Shown: positions 39,599 to 53,100 of the stretch, in pieces
Layout: every line of letters begins with the position of its first letter
Position numbering within the stretch: position 1 is the stretch's first letter
Assembly (NCBI GenBank): GCA_030390025.1
Contig: CM059438.1
Location: forward strand, 57,476,001-57,540,000
Source: Squalus acanthias
Lineage: Eukaryota
Direction: 5' to 3'
Length of the DNA stretch: 64,000 nt
Translations under genes and position numbers: made by a program
Notes under the pieces: model-generated
Database searches by the model: none
Seen by the model: the letters and a program-made list of their open reading frames with translations, nothing else
Told to the model about the DNA's origin: nothing

Positions 39599-40021
39599 CT
39601 TTGTTTCAATCGCTAACTCCAGTAGTGCATTCCACAGCCTCACAGCCCTCTGTGTAAAAAGGTTTCTCCTACATTCTGTCCTTTATCTTCTACATCTAAT
39701 CTTATTTCTATTTCCCCTCATTCTACACTCCTCGACTACAGGAAGCAGTCTGTTTCTATCTACTCTGTCCCATCTCTGCATAATTTTAAGCCTCAATCAA
39801 ATCACCCAATAATCCCCTCTGTTGCAGTCCCAATTTTTCAAGTCTTTCTTTGTATTTGTATTTTCTCATCCCGAAAGCAAACCAATCACTGCAGCTAGTT
39901 AATACTAAAATTCACAGCACATTGTGAAGACTGACCTCTCAGTTAGAGGAAGAATTGGGAAAAGGTAGTGGAAAATGAGTAAAAAAGAAATAAAGAGATT
40001 GGGAAATATAGGGTATCTCAC

Positions 40022-40048
40022 CTCTGTTGATTAACTTGAATGTCAGCT
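40022..40048 (-). CDS. 27-nt micro-exon (type A), phase 2/2, encodes ADIQVNQQ
   Basis: Minus strand reads ctaatttttatttctag|AGCTGACATTCAAGTTAATCAACAGAG|gtgagat. Phase 0 has TGA. Confidence 0.8.
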
Positions 40049-41544
40049 CTAGAAATAAAAATTAGCAAGTTAGGTAGGAACAAACAACATATTGAAATCA
40101 GTTTACAGCAAACAACAACGTCTCATTATAACACTCTCTGGTACAGAACGGGGCTGAAAAGGCAAAAGCGGGAGTCTTAGCGACATCCCTGGAAAAGGAG
40201 GCACAGAGGCATGAGGCCTGTAATGTGCCTGTGATGCTCAGCAGGCCCAGAAAGGGAGGGGAACATGCATGCAATTTGTGTGCTCGGCCTACTAGGCCCC
40301 CAAGTTCTACTGAAATGAGTCAGCCATCCCATAATGCGACAAATGTGTCTCAGCAGCACTCTCGCCGCAAAGTGCCCACTGGAATGAGTAAGATAGACGA
40401 GGCTGCTATAAAAATGTTAAAAGAATTCATGCACCCTTGCCCTCTCCCCAGAACCCATGCTCTTTGCTTCGTGCCTACCCTGCCCAGTGTCCTTCGCCGC
40501 ACGGGAGGAAAATGTCTGACACACAATGGGCAGCCACAGCTCTTCACAGCCCTTTCAGCTGCTGCCAGCTGAAAATGTGTCTGCTGGCACTCCTGGCATG
40601 TTGTGACAGATGCATCAGAGTGCAAGCAAATTATGCGAGTGGGCTGACCAATATCATTAGTGTGTGCAGGCATACATAGTGCTTCATTATCAATCCCAGA
40701 AACACTAGCTTGCCAATATGGAATATGCTACTGAGTATAAGAATCTCTGATTTACCACAATCCCATGGCACAGCAATCTCATATTGTAACACTGTAGAAG
40801 ATGCACTCTCTGTTGCTCTAATTCACAATCCCATAGAATGCCCCTCCTATCTGATTTGCTCAAACTGGTTGCAATAAAATGGTGACAATATCACCTTCTC
40901 AGGGAACTAGATGGGCATTGAATGCCGGCCTTAAGAACATAAGAAATAGGAGCAGGAGTAGGCCATTCGGTCCTTCGAGCCTGCTCCGTCATTCAATGAG
41001 ATCATGGCTGATCTTCTGCCTCAACTCCATTCACCGGCCCTATCGCCATACCCCTTGATGCCCTTACTAGTCAGAAATCTATCGACTTCTGTTTTGAATA
41101 TACCCAATGACTGAGCCTCCACAGCCCTCTGGGGTAGAGAATTCCAAAGATTCACCACCCTCTGTGTGAAGAAATTTCTTCTCTTGCCAGTGATGCTCAC
41201 ATCCCCAGAATGAATTTTTAAAAGGGAGCAGTCCTTTAGTTTGGGTTAGAGGGGCTATTGAAAGAACAATGGATATTGGTCCCAGTAGTATTGGGCTCAC
41301 CATAACTGCCGTTTTGAAATTTTTAGTAGTACTTGCAATACAAGCCAAGTTTATGGAACCTGTCCTCATAATTTAACCCTCATCATTCTGGTGAATCTGG
41401 GCTGCACCCACTCCAAGGCCAATATATCCTTCCTGAGGTGCAGTGCTCAAATCTGGATGCGGTATTTCAGATGTGATCTGACCAAGGCTCCATTTAACAG
41501 GAATAACACAATCTACCTCACAACCTCCCCGTTAATATTGGGGC

Positions 41545-44500
41545 TGTTGAGGCTGCCGCGAAACACGAATTAAGACCGAGTCCATGTGTGGAACACAAAG
41601 GCTTTTTAATACAACTGCCTGGTCAAAAATGGCTGAAACAAACTGCTCACAGAATTATCTGGAAAAATCCTGAGGCCCCGCCCACTCCTTTTCTCCTGCG
41701 TTAAAGGCAAGGTGCCTTAAAGGCAAGGTGCCCGATATATTGTCCACGGACGGAAAAGTGGCTAATGCCCGTTTAGGTGGCGATCCGCCACACAGCTCCC
41801 CCAAAATCCGCTTAGGAGGTGTGGACGAGACGGTGCGGCGGTCTGATGGGCCGGCCGGAGCGGCTCTTGTAGGACGCCGGTGGACGTGGAACGGCCGGGC
41901 GTGGAGCAGCCGGGTGAACCGGCTTGAGGGCAGGTTGGCCGCGTGGTGGTGGACGAGCTGCAGGGACCTGCTCACCGGGCTGCGAGTGTGCTGGCTTGAG
42001 TCGGTCAACCGACACTTTTTCGGTCCTGTCGCCCACTTGCAGGGTGAAAAATTTGTCCCCAGCCTGTAGCACCTTGTAGGGCCCGTCGTACGGGGGTTGA
42101 AGGGGTCCGCGGTGGGCATCGTGCCGGACGAAAACGAACCGTGCCTGCTGCAGGCTTAGTGGGACGTGTGAGGTGGATTCGCCGTGTCGGGCAATGGGCA
42201 CCGGGGCGAACTGCAGCGCCGGTGAGGCGAAGTCGTGGCGTTGCTGGTCGGCTGACCAGGGTGTCGTGGCGGTGGGCAGGAACTCGCCGGGTACGCGCAG
42301 TGGCTGACCATACACGAGCTCTGCTGCCGATGCGTGGAGGTCTTCTTTAACCGCGGTGCGCAGGCTGAGGAGGACCCACGGAAGTCGGTCGGTCCAGGCG
42401 CCGTCCTGGAGGCTGGCTTGAAGAGATGCCTTCAAGGATCTGTGGAACCGCTCACACAGTCCGTTGGCTTGGGGGTGGTACGCTGTGGTGCGGTGAATGG
42501 TCAACCCGAGATTGCGTGCGATGTCGGTCCAGAGTTCAGAGGTAAATTGCGGACCTGTGTCCGACGTCATGTCGGAGGGGACGCCGAACCGTGCGACCCA
42601 GGTGCTGACGAAGGCTCTGGCGATGTCGGCGGTGGTGGTAGAGGTCAGTGGAATTGCCTCGGGCCAGCACGTGGTGCGGTCAACGATCGTCAGCAAGTGC
42701 GTGTGGCCTTGCGACGGCGGCAGGGGCCCGACGATGTCCACATGTATGTGGTCGATACTACGCGAGGGGACGGTAAACTCCTCGAGGGGTGCTTTCGTGT
42801 GTTGCTGTACCTTGGCCCGTTGGCAGGCTAGGCAGGAGTTGGACCAAGTACACACATCCTTGCGAAGGCCGCGCCAGACAAAGCGGTTGGCTACCAATTT
42901 GATGGATGCGCGGGCGCCGGGGTGGGAGAGGTTGTGGAGAATCTCGAATACCCGGCGGCGCCAGGACGCTGGGACAACGGGCCGAGGTTGACATAGGGAT
43001 ATGTCGCACTTGACCGTGACTGCAGTCGGGCCACAGGCGACGTCGGCCAGGCGTAGCCCTGGTAGGTTGGTAGGTGCGGAGAGCAGATCAGGGTCGGTGA
43101 TCTGGTCTGCTGCGAGTTGAGCGTAGTCGACTGCCAGGTGTGCGGCATGGATGGCGGGGCGGGAGAGGCAGTCGGCCACCACATTGTCTCGGCTGGAGAT
43201 GTGTTGGATGTCTGTGGTGAACTCGGACACTGCCGCGAGCTGGCGCTGCTGCCTGGTGGACCAGGGGTCGGTTGTCTTTGCCATTGTGAATGTCAGGGGT
43301 TTGTGGTCAACAAACGCAGTGAAGGGGTGGCCCTTCAGCAAAAACCGAAAATGGCGGACCGCCAGGAACAGCGCGAGGAGCTCGCGGTCGAAGGTGCTGT
43401 ACTGGACCTCCGGGGGGCATAGTTGGCGGCTGAAGAAGGCAAGTAGTTGCCAGGCGCCGTCGACCCACTGCTCATACACGGCGCCGACCGCGTGGTCGGA
43501 GGCGTCCGTGGTGAGCGCTACCCTGGCATTGGGCCGTGGGTGCGCGAGTAGGGTGGCGTTGGCGAGCGCGGTCTTGGTGGAGTCGAAGGCGGCGGACGCG
43601 TCTGCCGTCCATTTGACCGCCATCTTGCCGCTCCTGCCCCGGAGGGCTTCATACAGGGGCCTCATGAGGGACGCCGCTTTGAGGATGAAGCGGTTGTAGA
43701 AATTCACCATCCCGAGGAACTCCTGGAGGCCTTTGATGGTGGTGGGGCGGGGAAATTGTTGGATGGCCTGCACCTTGGTGGGCAGGGGAATGGCCCCAGC
43801 ATGGGTGATGTGGTGGCCGAGGAAGTCGATCTTGTCCAGGCCGAACTGGCATTTGGCTGGGCTGAGGATGAGCCCGTGGTCGCTGAGGCACCCGAACAGG
43901 ATGCGAAGGTGTTCGAGGTGTTCCTGCTTGGAGAAATTGGCTACCAGGATGTCGTCCAGGTAGACGAACAGGAACTTCAGGTCCCGAAGGACCGAGTCCA
44001 TGAGCCGTTGGAATGCCTGGGCTGCGTTTTTGAGGCCGAAGGGCATCCGCAGGAACTCGAACAGGCCGAAGGGGGTGATTACGGCCGTCTTGGGGACGTC
44101 CGCGGGGTGGACGGGGACTTGGTGGTAGCCGCGCACCAGGTCGACCTTGGAAAAGACTGAGTGGCCGGCCAGTCTAGCCGAGAAGTCTTGAATGTGCGGC
44201 ACGGGGTACCAATCAGTGGTGGTGGCGTCGTTGAGGCGGCGGTAATCCCCGCAGGGGCGCCAACCCCCGCCTGGTTTGGGGGCGATGTGGAGTGGGGAGG
44301 CCCAGGGACTGTTGGAGCGGCGGATGATGCCGAGCTGTTCCATGGTGGCAAACTCAGTCCGCGCGATCTCCAGTTTGGCCGGGTCCAGCCTGCGGGCGTG
44401 GGCGTACACTGGGGGGCCTGTGGTGGGGATGAAGTGTTCCACCCCGTGTTTGGCGGCCTCCGCAGAGAAGGTCGGATTGGTAAGGGCCGGGAATTCGTCC

Positions 44501-45892
44501 AGGAGTGCCGAGTAGTCATCCGTGGCCCGGGCGTGGCAGTGTGACGCCATGTCGGCGGGTTGACGGGGGGCCATGGCGCCCAGGATGGGGGACATGGTGT
44601 TCATGTCCACGAGGCGGTGACGAGGGATGTCTACCAGTAGGCCGTGGGCGCACAGGAAATCTGCGCCGATGAGAGGGGAGAGCACCTCGGCAGTGATGAA
44701 CTCCCATCGGTAGCGGCGACCAGCGAGGTCGACGGTGACTGTGCGGGTGCTGTACGTCCGGATTTCCGAGCCGTTAGCAGCAGCCAGCGCCGGTCCTCGT
44801 TCGCTCTTTTGGATGTCGAGGGAGGAGGCCGGGATGATGCTGTGCTGAGCTCCAGTGTCGCACAGGAACCGGCGGCCGGTTTTGTCATCCGTGACGTACT
44901 GCAGGGAGCCCGCGTGGCCCACGGCGATCGCGGGGGCTGGGTCGGGGGCGGACTGGAAAGAGCAGGGAGGTGTGCACCGTTGTGCCCTGGCGCCGAACCG
45001 TGCGTGGTAGTAACAGTGGCCCGGGTTAGTGGGGCGCGAAGGCCCCGTGGGCCTGGTGGCTGGTCCTTGTGGCCGCGTGGTGGCCGGTGAGGGGCGCGCC
45101 CCGGCATTGGCTGCCAGGTCCGGAGTGACGTCGCAGCTGGAGTGAGCGGACAGCAGCTTGTCGGCCTCATCGGCCAGGGCTTCCAGGTTCGTGAGGCCGG
45201 ACGCCACGATCGCTGGGCGGATGCTGAGAGGGAGCTGGCGGATGAACTGCGTGCGGAAGAGGGATCCGGGTGGGCATGTGGGAGAGGAGGTCTGACGGTG
45301 AGGCATCACCGAGGCCTGGAAGGTCGAGGAGGTGGCAGTTTCGCTGGTATGCCGAGGCCGTAAATTTTTTAAGGAGCGCTGCCTTAAGATGTGCATACTT
45401 GCCTTCCTCTGGTGGGTTCTGCAGCGCTGTCCAAACCTTCGAAACTGTGGAGCTGCCGAGTGATGTGACGAGGTAGTCGTACTGCGTCCCATCTGTGGTG
45501 ATGTGTTGCAGCCGGAAGCGGGATTCGGCTTGGAGAAACCAGGCTTCGGGCCGGTTTTCTCAAAACTCCGGCAGTTTCACGGAAACTGCTTTCATGTCCG
45601 CCATTGCAGTGCTCGGAATACGTTCTGAGCGTCGGGGTCACCAATGTTGAGGCTGCCGCGAAACACGAATTAAGACCGAGTCCATGTGTGGAACACAAAG
45701 GCTTTTTAATACAACTGCCTGGTCAAAAATGGCTGAAACAAACTGCTCACAGAATTATCTGGAAAAAGCCTGAGGCCCCGCCCACTCCTTTTCTCCTGCC
45801 TTAAAGGCAAGGTGCCTTAAAGGCAAGGTGCCCGATATATTGTCCACGGACGGAAAAGTGGATAATGCCCGTTTAGGTGGCGATCCACCACA
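41545..45892 (-). mobile_element. Full-length Gypsy/Ty3 LTR retrotransposon
   Basis: 248-bp TG..CA LTRs at 41545-41792 and 45645-45892. TSD GGGC. PBS TGGTGACCCCGACG. PPT ttttgggggagctg. Protease DTGA, RT YLDD, RNase H TDASD, integrase HHCC/DDE and GPY, in Gypsy order. Confidence 0.97.
41812..45604 (-). pseudogene. Gypsy gag-pol; gag N-terminus has a premature stop and a frameshift, pol frame is open
   Basis: True start MADMKAVSVKLPEF*ENRPEAWF at 45604 (TGA at 45560-45562). ORF 41812-45492 carries the gag C-terminus and pol. Confidence 0.88.
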
Positions 45893-45896
45893 GGGC

Positions 45897-48800
45897 CATT
45901 GTTTCAGAAAACTGTCTTGATACACTCTAGAAATTCAGTGCCTTTACGACGTGAGTTGTTTTGTATCTCCCAATCTATGTGAAAATTAAAATTTCCCATT
46001 ATAGCCACTTTGCCTTTGCTACATGCTTCTCTGATCTCCGTATTGATGCATCCTGCATCACTGCTGTCAGGAGGTCTGTCGATAACTCCCACCAGAGAGT
46101 TGCATCCTTTGCTGTTTCTGACTTCTGGTCTCTCACCCTTTCCGATAGCCTTTCTTTCGATTGCTGCAATATTGTCCTTTAGTAATATTGCTACTCCTCC
46201 TCCTTCCCTATTTCCCTGTCCTTTCTAAAGACCTTATCGCCTGAAATATTAAGCTCCCATTCATGCCCAGCTTGTAGCCAGGTCTCGGTAATTGCTATTG
46301 CATTGTACCCTTTGAGCTGAATCTATGGCCCCAATATTTACTCGGGCAATGAAGAGGGCTGGGTGGGGGGCGTGGGGCATGAGGAGTTCCGGATGGGGAA
46401 CCCAGAAGTATGGGGGTGGGGGGAGTTGGAAAATCAGAGATCGCGGGATGGGGGAAGTCATTGATCGTGGGAGTGGAGGGAATTGGAGATTGGGGGATGG
46501 TGGGGGAGTCGGAGATCGGCGGTAGGGGAATCAGAACCTGCGAGGATAGGGGAGTGAACACTCGGAGATCGCGGGAGTTGAGGGGAGTCGGAGATCGGGA
46601 GGAGTGGGGGGAGTCGGAGATCGGGAGGAGTGGGGGAGTCGGAGATCGGGAGGAGTGGGGGGGAGTCGGAGATCGGGAGGAGTGGGGGGAGTTGGAGATC
46701 GGGAGGAGTGGGGGGAGTCAGAGATCGGGAGTGGGGAGTCGGAGATCGGGGGTGGGGGAGTCGGAGATCGGGGGTGGGGGGAGTCGGAGATCGGGGGTGG
46801 GGGGGGAGTCGGAGATCGGGGGTGGGGGGGGAGTCGGAGATCGGGGGGGTGGGCGGAGTCGGAGATGGGGCGGAGTCGGAGATCGGGGGTGGGGGGGAGT
46901 CGGAGATCGGGGGTGGGGGGGAGTCGGAGATCGGGGGTGGGGGAGTCGGAGATCGGGGGTGGGTGGGGAGTCGGAGATCGGTGGGGGGGTAGTCAGAGAT
47001 CGGGGGCGTGGGGGGAGTCGGAGATCGGGGGGGTGGGGGGGAGTCGGAGATCGGGGGTGGGGGGGAGTCGGAGATCGGGGGGGTGGGCGGAGTCGGAGAT
47101 CGGGGGTGGGGAGGGAGTCGGAGATCGGGGGTGGGGTAGTCGGAGATCGGGGGTGGGTGGGGAGTCGGAGATCGGTGGGGGGGGTAGTCAGAGATCGGTG
47201 GGGGGGGGTAGTCAGAGATCGGGGGCGTGGGGGAAGTCGGAGATCGGGGGGGTGGGGGGAGAGTCGGAGATCGGGGGTGGGGGAGTCGGAGATCGGGGGT
47301 GGGGGAGTCGGAGATCGGGGGTGGGGGGGAGTCGGAGATCGGGGGTGGGGGGGAGTCGGAGATCGGGGGTGGGGGGGAGTCGGAGATCGGGGGTGGGGGG
47401 GAGTCGGAGATCGGGAGTGGGTGGAGTCGGAGATCGGGGGTGGGGGAGTCGGAGATCGGGGGTGGGGGGGGGAGTCGGAGATCGGGGGTGGGGGGGGAGT
47501 CAGAGATCGGGGGTGGGGGGGAGTCGGAGATCGGGAGTGGGGGGGAGTCGGAGATCGGGGGTGGGGGGGAGTCGGAGATCGGGAGTGGGGGGGAGTCAGA
47601 GATCGGGGTTGAACACTTGGAGATCACGGGGGAGGGGGGGAGTCGGAGATCGGGGGTGGGAGAAGTCGGAGATCGGGGGAGTCGGAGACCGGGGGGAGTA
47701 AAGAGGTAAGCTTGAGGCATGGGGGAAGCACTCCTGCTCCTCTTGGCCCACAAACATTGCTGTAAAGGCATTTACCTCATGGATCCGGCCCTTCTCGCCT
47801 CCCTTAACCTGCCGGGATTCCCAAGCCCTGGGAAACGTGGCCTCCATGGGTTAAAAGTAAAAGTCCTGTTAAAATGGAGGCACGTGGCCTCCTTAAAAGA
47901 TTTCAGTGACAAACATGCTTCCTGAGAGCAGATTGGTCGCCCACCTCCCGACCCACCTCCGTTAAAACCGGAAGTGGCCGGGTTGAAGCAGGTTTCAGAT
48001 TTTAAAAAGTTAAAACTCCCCCCGTGCTTCTAAATCACTTGTTCTATTCTTTATGCTACGTGCGTTTGTGTAGAGAACTCGGACTTGGTTAATGGTCATC
48101 ACTCTACCCATATGCACTCATGATGTTTTTCTCACAGTTCTTAAGTTATCACACTTTCTCTTATTTTTCAACATTCCTGTTTTATTTATATCAGGTATAT
48201 TTTTATTTCCTATACTATTATCTGAACTTGGATTATTTATACCTTTCTTTGCACTCTGAGCTATGCTCTCAACCCCTCTTTCTCATCTGTAAGTTGCTAT
48301 CACTGTTACCATTAATATTGGCCGAACACTCCACTTCCTTTATTGGCTTAAAGTCTTCTATGCAGCCCTATTTATCCTTTCAGCTAGGATCTTGGTTCTA
48401 GCCTGGTTCAGGCGGAGCTCGTCCCAATGGTACAGTTCCTTCCTGTCCCAGTACTGGTGTCAGTGTAATGGAACCCCTCCCTCCCACACCAGTCTTTCAG
48501 CCACGCATTCACTTTCCTGATCTGTTTGTCCCTATGGCAATTTGCATGTGGCTTGGGTAATAATCTGGAGATTACTACCCTTGAGGTCCTGGTTTTTAAT
48601 TTAGCTCCTAGCTTCTTATAATCCCTCAGCAGGACCTCCTCCCTGTTCTTTCCTATGTCATTGGTCCCGACATGGACCACAACTGGAGCTTCTCTTTCCA
48701 GGTTCCCTTACCCTCATACAGGTAGGCAACACACCATTCGGGACTCTCGATCGTGACTGCAGAGGATACTATCTATCCCCCTAATTATCGAATTCCTTAT

Positions 48801-49080
48801 AACTACAAACTTTCTGTTCTGTTCCTCCCCCACTTGAACTGTCTCCTGCTCCCTGGTGCCTTGGTCAGCATTGTGGCTGTCCTTCCCACAGCCTTTCTCC
48901 TTATCCTCACAGGTAGCAAGTACATCATACCTGTTGGACAGGACCTGATTCTGCGGTTCCGCCTTCCTTGCCTCCACTAGATTCTCCATTGCCTGCTGAC
49001 TGTCAATCAAACATTCCTCTTCCTGTACCTGCATCTCTCTATTTGGTGTGACTGTTCTGGAGTAAACTATCCAGATATTT
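45897..49080 (-). mobile_element. Decayed CR1 5' portion (ORF1 esterase at 48400-49030, APE at 45897-46320) split by an insertion with a minisatellite
   Basis: VHVGTNDIG, NAWLKDWC and CCLP (SGNH-esterase-like). DRPP and MGNFN (APE). Confidence 0.8.
46560..47700 (+). repeat. G-rich minisatellite, unit ~GGAGTCGGAGATCGGGGGTGGGG (about 19-25 bp)
   Basis: Dozens of tandem copies of GAGTCGGAGATCGG separated by variable G-runs. Confidence 0.95.
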
Positions 49081-49164
49081 CACTTATCCAGCAGTTCACT
49101 CATCCACCTTGTGATTAATATGCTTCATATTCTGGGAATCAAGGAGCCATCGTGGAGAATCACT

Positions 49165-49347
49165 GGGGTAGATTTCCAACTTGCTGCCCAAGCGTAAAAC
49201 TGGCATTATGGATCAACCGCCCATTATAGAAACCACCCGATTGATTCCGTTGAAATCAATGGAAATAAAAATGGGACGGTTTCTGTCGCTGGTGGCTGAT
49301 GTGCAATGGCGTTTTTACGCCTGGGCAGCAAGTTGTAAATCTACTCC
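49165..49347. mobile_element. Palindromic MITE with 3-bp TSD (ACT)
   Basis: ggggtagatttccaacttgctgcccaagcgtaaaa ... tttttacgcctgggcagcaagttgtaaatctactcc. Truncated copies at ~9656-9698 and ~18276-18318. Confidence 0.8.
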
Positions 49348-49460
49348 ACTATTTCTATGAACAATTCATAGGCAGCATGAGACTGACCTCCTGATTGACT
49401 ATAGGAGCAAGAAATGAGAAAGTGACAAGAAACAAACAAGAAAGGAGTGATCGATCTTAC

Positions 49461-49487
49461 CTTGACTTTTCTGCTGCTCCGTAACAC
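49461..49487 (-). CDS. 27-nt micro-exon (type B), phase 2/2, encodes CYGAAEKS
   Basis: Minus strand reads ggtttggtttctag|GTGTTACGGAGCAGCAGAAAAGTCAAG|gtaagat. Flanks are homologous to the exons at 19308 and 14745. Confidence 0.8.
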
Positions 49488-50132
49488 CTAGAAACCAAAC
49501 CATAATCGTCAGACAGGAGCAAACTAGTTACTGCAAACTGCTTAATATTAAAATACAATGACACTTCATTTCAACTTTCATTGCTTTAGATTTTCTAATA
49601 TAGAAAGAAAGATATTCAATTTTTATTGCACCTCTCAGGACCTCGAGTCATCTCAAAGCATTTTAAAACCAGTGAAGTACTTTTGAAGTGTAGTCTCTGT
49701 TGTAAGGTTGGGAAATGCAACAGCCAATTTACACACAGCAAGGTCTCACAAACAGCAATGGGATAAATATATACTACATCTAACTTCTTCTGGCCTACAG
49801 TAGCCCTTCAGTGTAACACTCTGATAGACATCAGCCCATCACCACAATCACTGCCTGATTCGTCAATACCCTCATTAGATCTCTCACTGAGCATCATCAG
49901 GCACGATGCTGCTGAGCAGTTAAAGAAAACTAAACAAAATATAATGAAACCAAACATGGCATTTAAAAAAAGGATCGTGAAAAATAGTAAAGGTATCGGC
50001 AATGTGTTAGGATCTTGTTAGGAGAAAATGATTAATCAACAAACAGACAGGACCGTTGGAAGATATGTCAGCACAGGTTACAAATGACAAGTAAATGACT
50101 GATCAGCTGAATCAATATTTTACCTTTGTTTT

Positions 50133-53100
50133 CTTGCCGACCTTTCTGCCCAGCACGCCCGCTGGGGCCAATCTTGCCAATCTCCTCATGGTCCAACTCG
50201 CCCGTCCCAGTCCTGTGGACTCTGCCAGCAGATCAGCTATCACTGCCCCTCTCCACATCTCCCTCCAGAATGTCTGTTCACTTGTGAACAAGGCCCTTGC
50301 CATCCATGAGTTTATTGTGGATGATTGCATCGACATCACGGCCTTGACAGAAACATGGCTGAGGGTGATGACACCTTATCCCTAAATAAAGCCTCCAAAC
50401 CTGGCTATACCTTCCACCAGTTGTCCCGCCCAGACAATCGCGGTGGAGGTGTGGCTTTTATCACCAAATCACACCTTGGTCTGTCCCCCTACTCCTCTTG
50501 CCCACTTTCTCCTCCTTTGAGCATCGCACATTATTCCACCCCTCTCACCGCAAATTTAAAATCCTCGTTCGCTAGCGCCCACCTAAGTACCATGAAAATT
50601 TTCTTACCGAGATATCTTCACTGCTTTCCTCCCTCAGCCTCTGTACCGAGCGACTTCTCATCCTCGGTGATTTCAACCTCCATCTCAAGTCATCATGCTC
50701 TCTGTCCTCTGAGTTTACTGCCCTCCTATCCTCCCTTAATCTCTCCCTCCATGTAAACTCCCCAATCCATATTCACGGCCACCTCTTGACCTTGCCATCT
50801 CACGTGGCCTCGCTACTCCCACTGTGTCAATCACAGATAAGGCCATCTTTGATCACTTCCTCTAATGCTCTCCACCCACATTCTCCTTTCCCGTCCCAAC
50901 CCTACTTCCTTCTGTGTCCTCCCCTGGAAAAAACCTATCTCACAATTCACTTACAACTGCACTTTCAAAATCCCAACTATCTAGTCTTTGGTCCTCCATT
51001 CACCACAACATTTCTGCAGCTACCGATCTGCTCAACCACATGAACCTCCACCTTTGATGCCCTAGTCCCCATTAAAACCATTACTCTCTCTCACCCTGGC
51101 CGTTCCCCCGGTACGGCCCTCATTTCTGCTGCCTTAAGTCCAAGGGACGCAGACTTGAAGGGATATGGCGGGCAACTGGTTTAGCCATTCACCGCCAGAT
51201 CTGGCTGGACCACATAAAGCACCATCGGGTCCTGCTCCCGTCTGCCAAGACTGCTCACTATTCCAGAATCATCCTGGAATGCAAAGATAATCCTGGCTTC
51301 TTGTCTCCACTGCATAGTGTTTTCTTAAACCCCTCTCCCCTGTCTCCTCCACCCTCACCTCCAACAACAAGTGCAAGGAGCTCATGGACTTCTTTGTCAC
51401 TAAGATTGAGATCTGTTTAGCTGCCTCTGACGCCTCCCTCCCTTCCCCTAGACCACCGGGCCAAACTTCCTCTAAGGTTCCCCCTGCCCTAGCCCTGAAC
51501 TTGCATATTTCTCTAGTTTCTCTCTTATCTCCCCTCATGCCCTCTCCAAGCTCATCTTGTCCATGAGACCCACTTCCTGCTCCCTTGACCCTATTCCCAC
51601 TAAACTGCTGACCACCCAACTTCCCTTCCTGGCTCCCATGTTAGTTGATATTACTCTTCTCAGGTACTGCTCCCCTCTCCTTCAAATCTGCCGTCATCAC
51701 CCCCTCCTCAAAAAAAACCCTTGACTCCTCCGTCCTTGCAAACTACCACCCCATCTCTAACATCCCTTTCCTCTCCAAAGTCCTTGAACGTGCTGTCACC
51801 TCCCAAATCCGTGCACATCTTTCCCGAAACTCCTTGTTTGGATCCCTCCAATCAGGTTTCCGTCCCTGCTACAGTACCGAAACGGCTCTTATCAAAGTCA
51901 CAAATGACATCCTATGTGACTGACAAAGGTAAACTATCCCTCCTCATCCTTGAGAAACTAATGGGACTAAAAGTCAACAAATCCCTGGACCTGACGGCCT
52001 ACATCCTAGGGTTCTAAAAGAGGTGGCTGCAGAGATAGTGGATGCATTGGTTGTGATCTTCCAAAATTCCCTAGATTCTAGAACAGTCCCAGTGGATTGG
52101 AAGGTAGCAAATGTAACCCTGCTATTCAAGAAAGGAGGGAGAGGGAAAACAGTGAATTACAGGCCAGTTAGCCTGACACAAGTCGTCGGGAAAATGCTGG
52201 AATCCATTATTAAGGAAGTGGTAACAGGGCACTTAGAAAATCATAACATGATTAGGCAGAGTCACCATGGTTTTATGAAAGGGAAATCATGTTTAACAAA
52301 TTTATTAGAGATTTGAGGATGTAACTAGCAGGGTAGATAAAGGGGAATCAGTGGATGTAGTATATTTGGATTTCTAAAAGGCATTCGATAAGGTGCCACA
52401 TAAAAGGTTGTTATGCAAGATAAGGGCTCATGGGGTCGGGGGTAATATATTAGCATGGATAGAGGATTGGTTAATGGACAGAAAACAAAGAGTAGGGATA
52501 AACGGGTCATTTTCCGGTTGGCAGGCTGTAACTAGTGGGGTGCCGCAAGGATCAGTGCTTGGGCCTCAGCTCTTTACAATCTATATTAATGACTTAGATG
52601 AAGGGATTGAGTGTAATGTATCCAAGATTGCTGACGATAGAAAGCTAGGTGGGAAAGTAAACTGAGAGGAGGACATAAAAGAGCCTGCAAAGGGATATAG
52701 ACAGGTCAAGAGAGTGGGCAATAAGGTGGCAGATGGAGTATAATGTGGGGAAATGTGAGGTTATTCATTTTGGGAGGAAGAATAGAAGAACTGAATATTT
52801 TTTAAATGGTGAGAAACTATTAAATGTTGGTGTTCAGAAAGATTTAGGTGTCCTCGTACAGGAAACACGGAAAGTTAGCATGCAGGTACAGCAAGCAATT
52901 AGGAAGGCAAATGGCATGTTGGCCTTTATTGCAAGGGGGCTGGAGTTTAAGAGTAAGGAAGTCTTGCTACAATTGTACAGGGATTTGGTGAGACCACACC
53001 TGGAGTACTGTGCACAGTTTTGGTCTCCTTATCTGAGAAAGGACATACATGCCTTAGAGGCGGTGCAACAAAGGTTCACTAAATTGATCCCTGAGATGAG

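Noticed and set aside
46410..47771. Long Gly/Pro-rich ORFs of 365-437 aa
   Set aside because: These are translations of a stop-free minisatellite in several frames on both strands.
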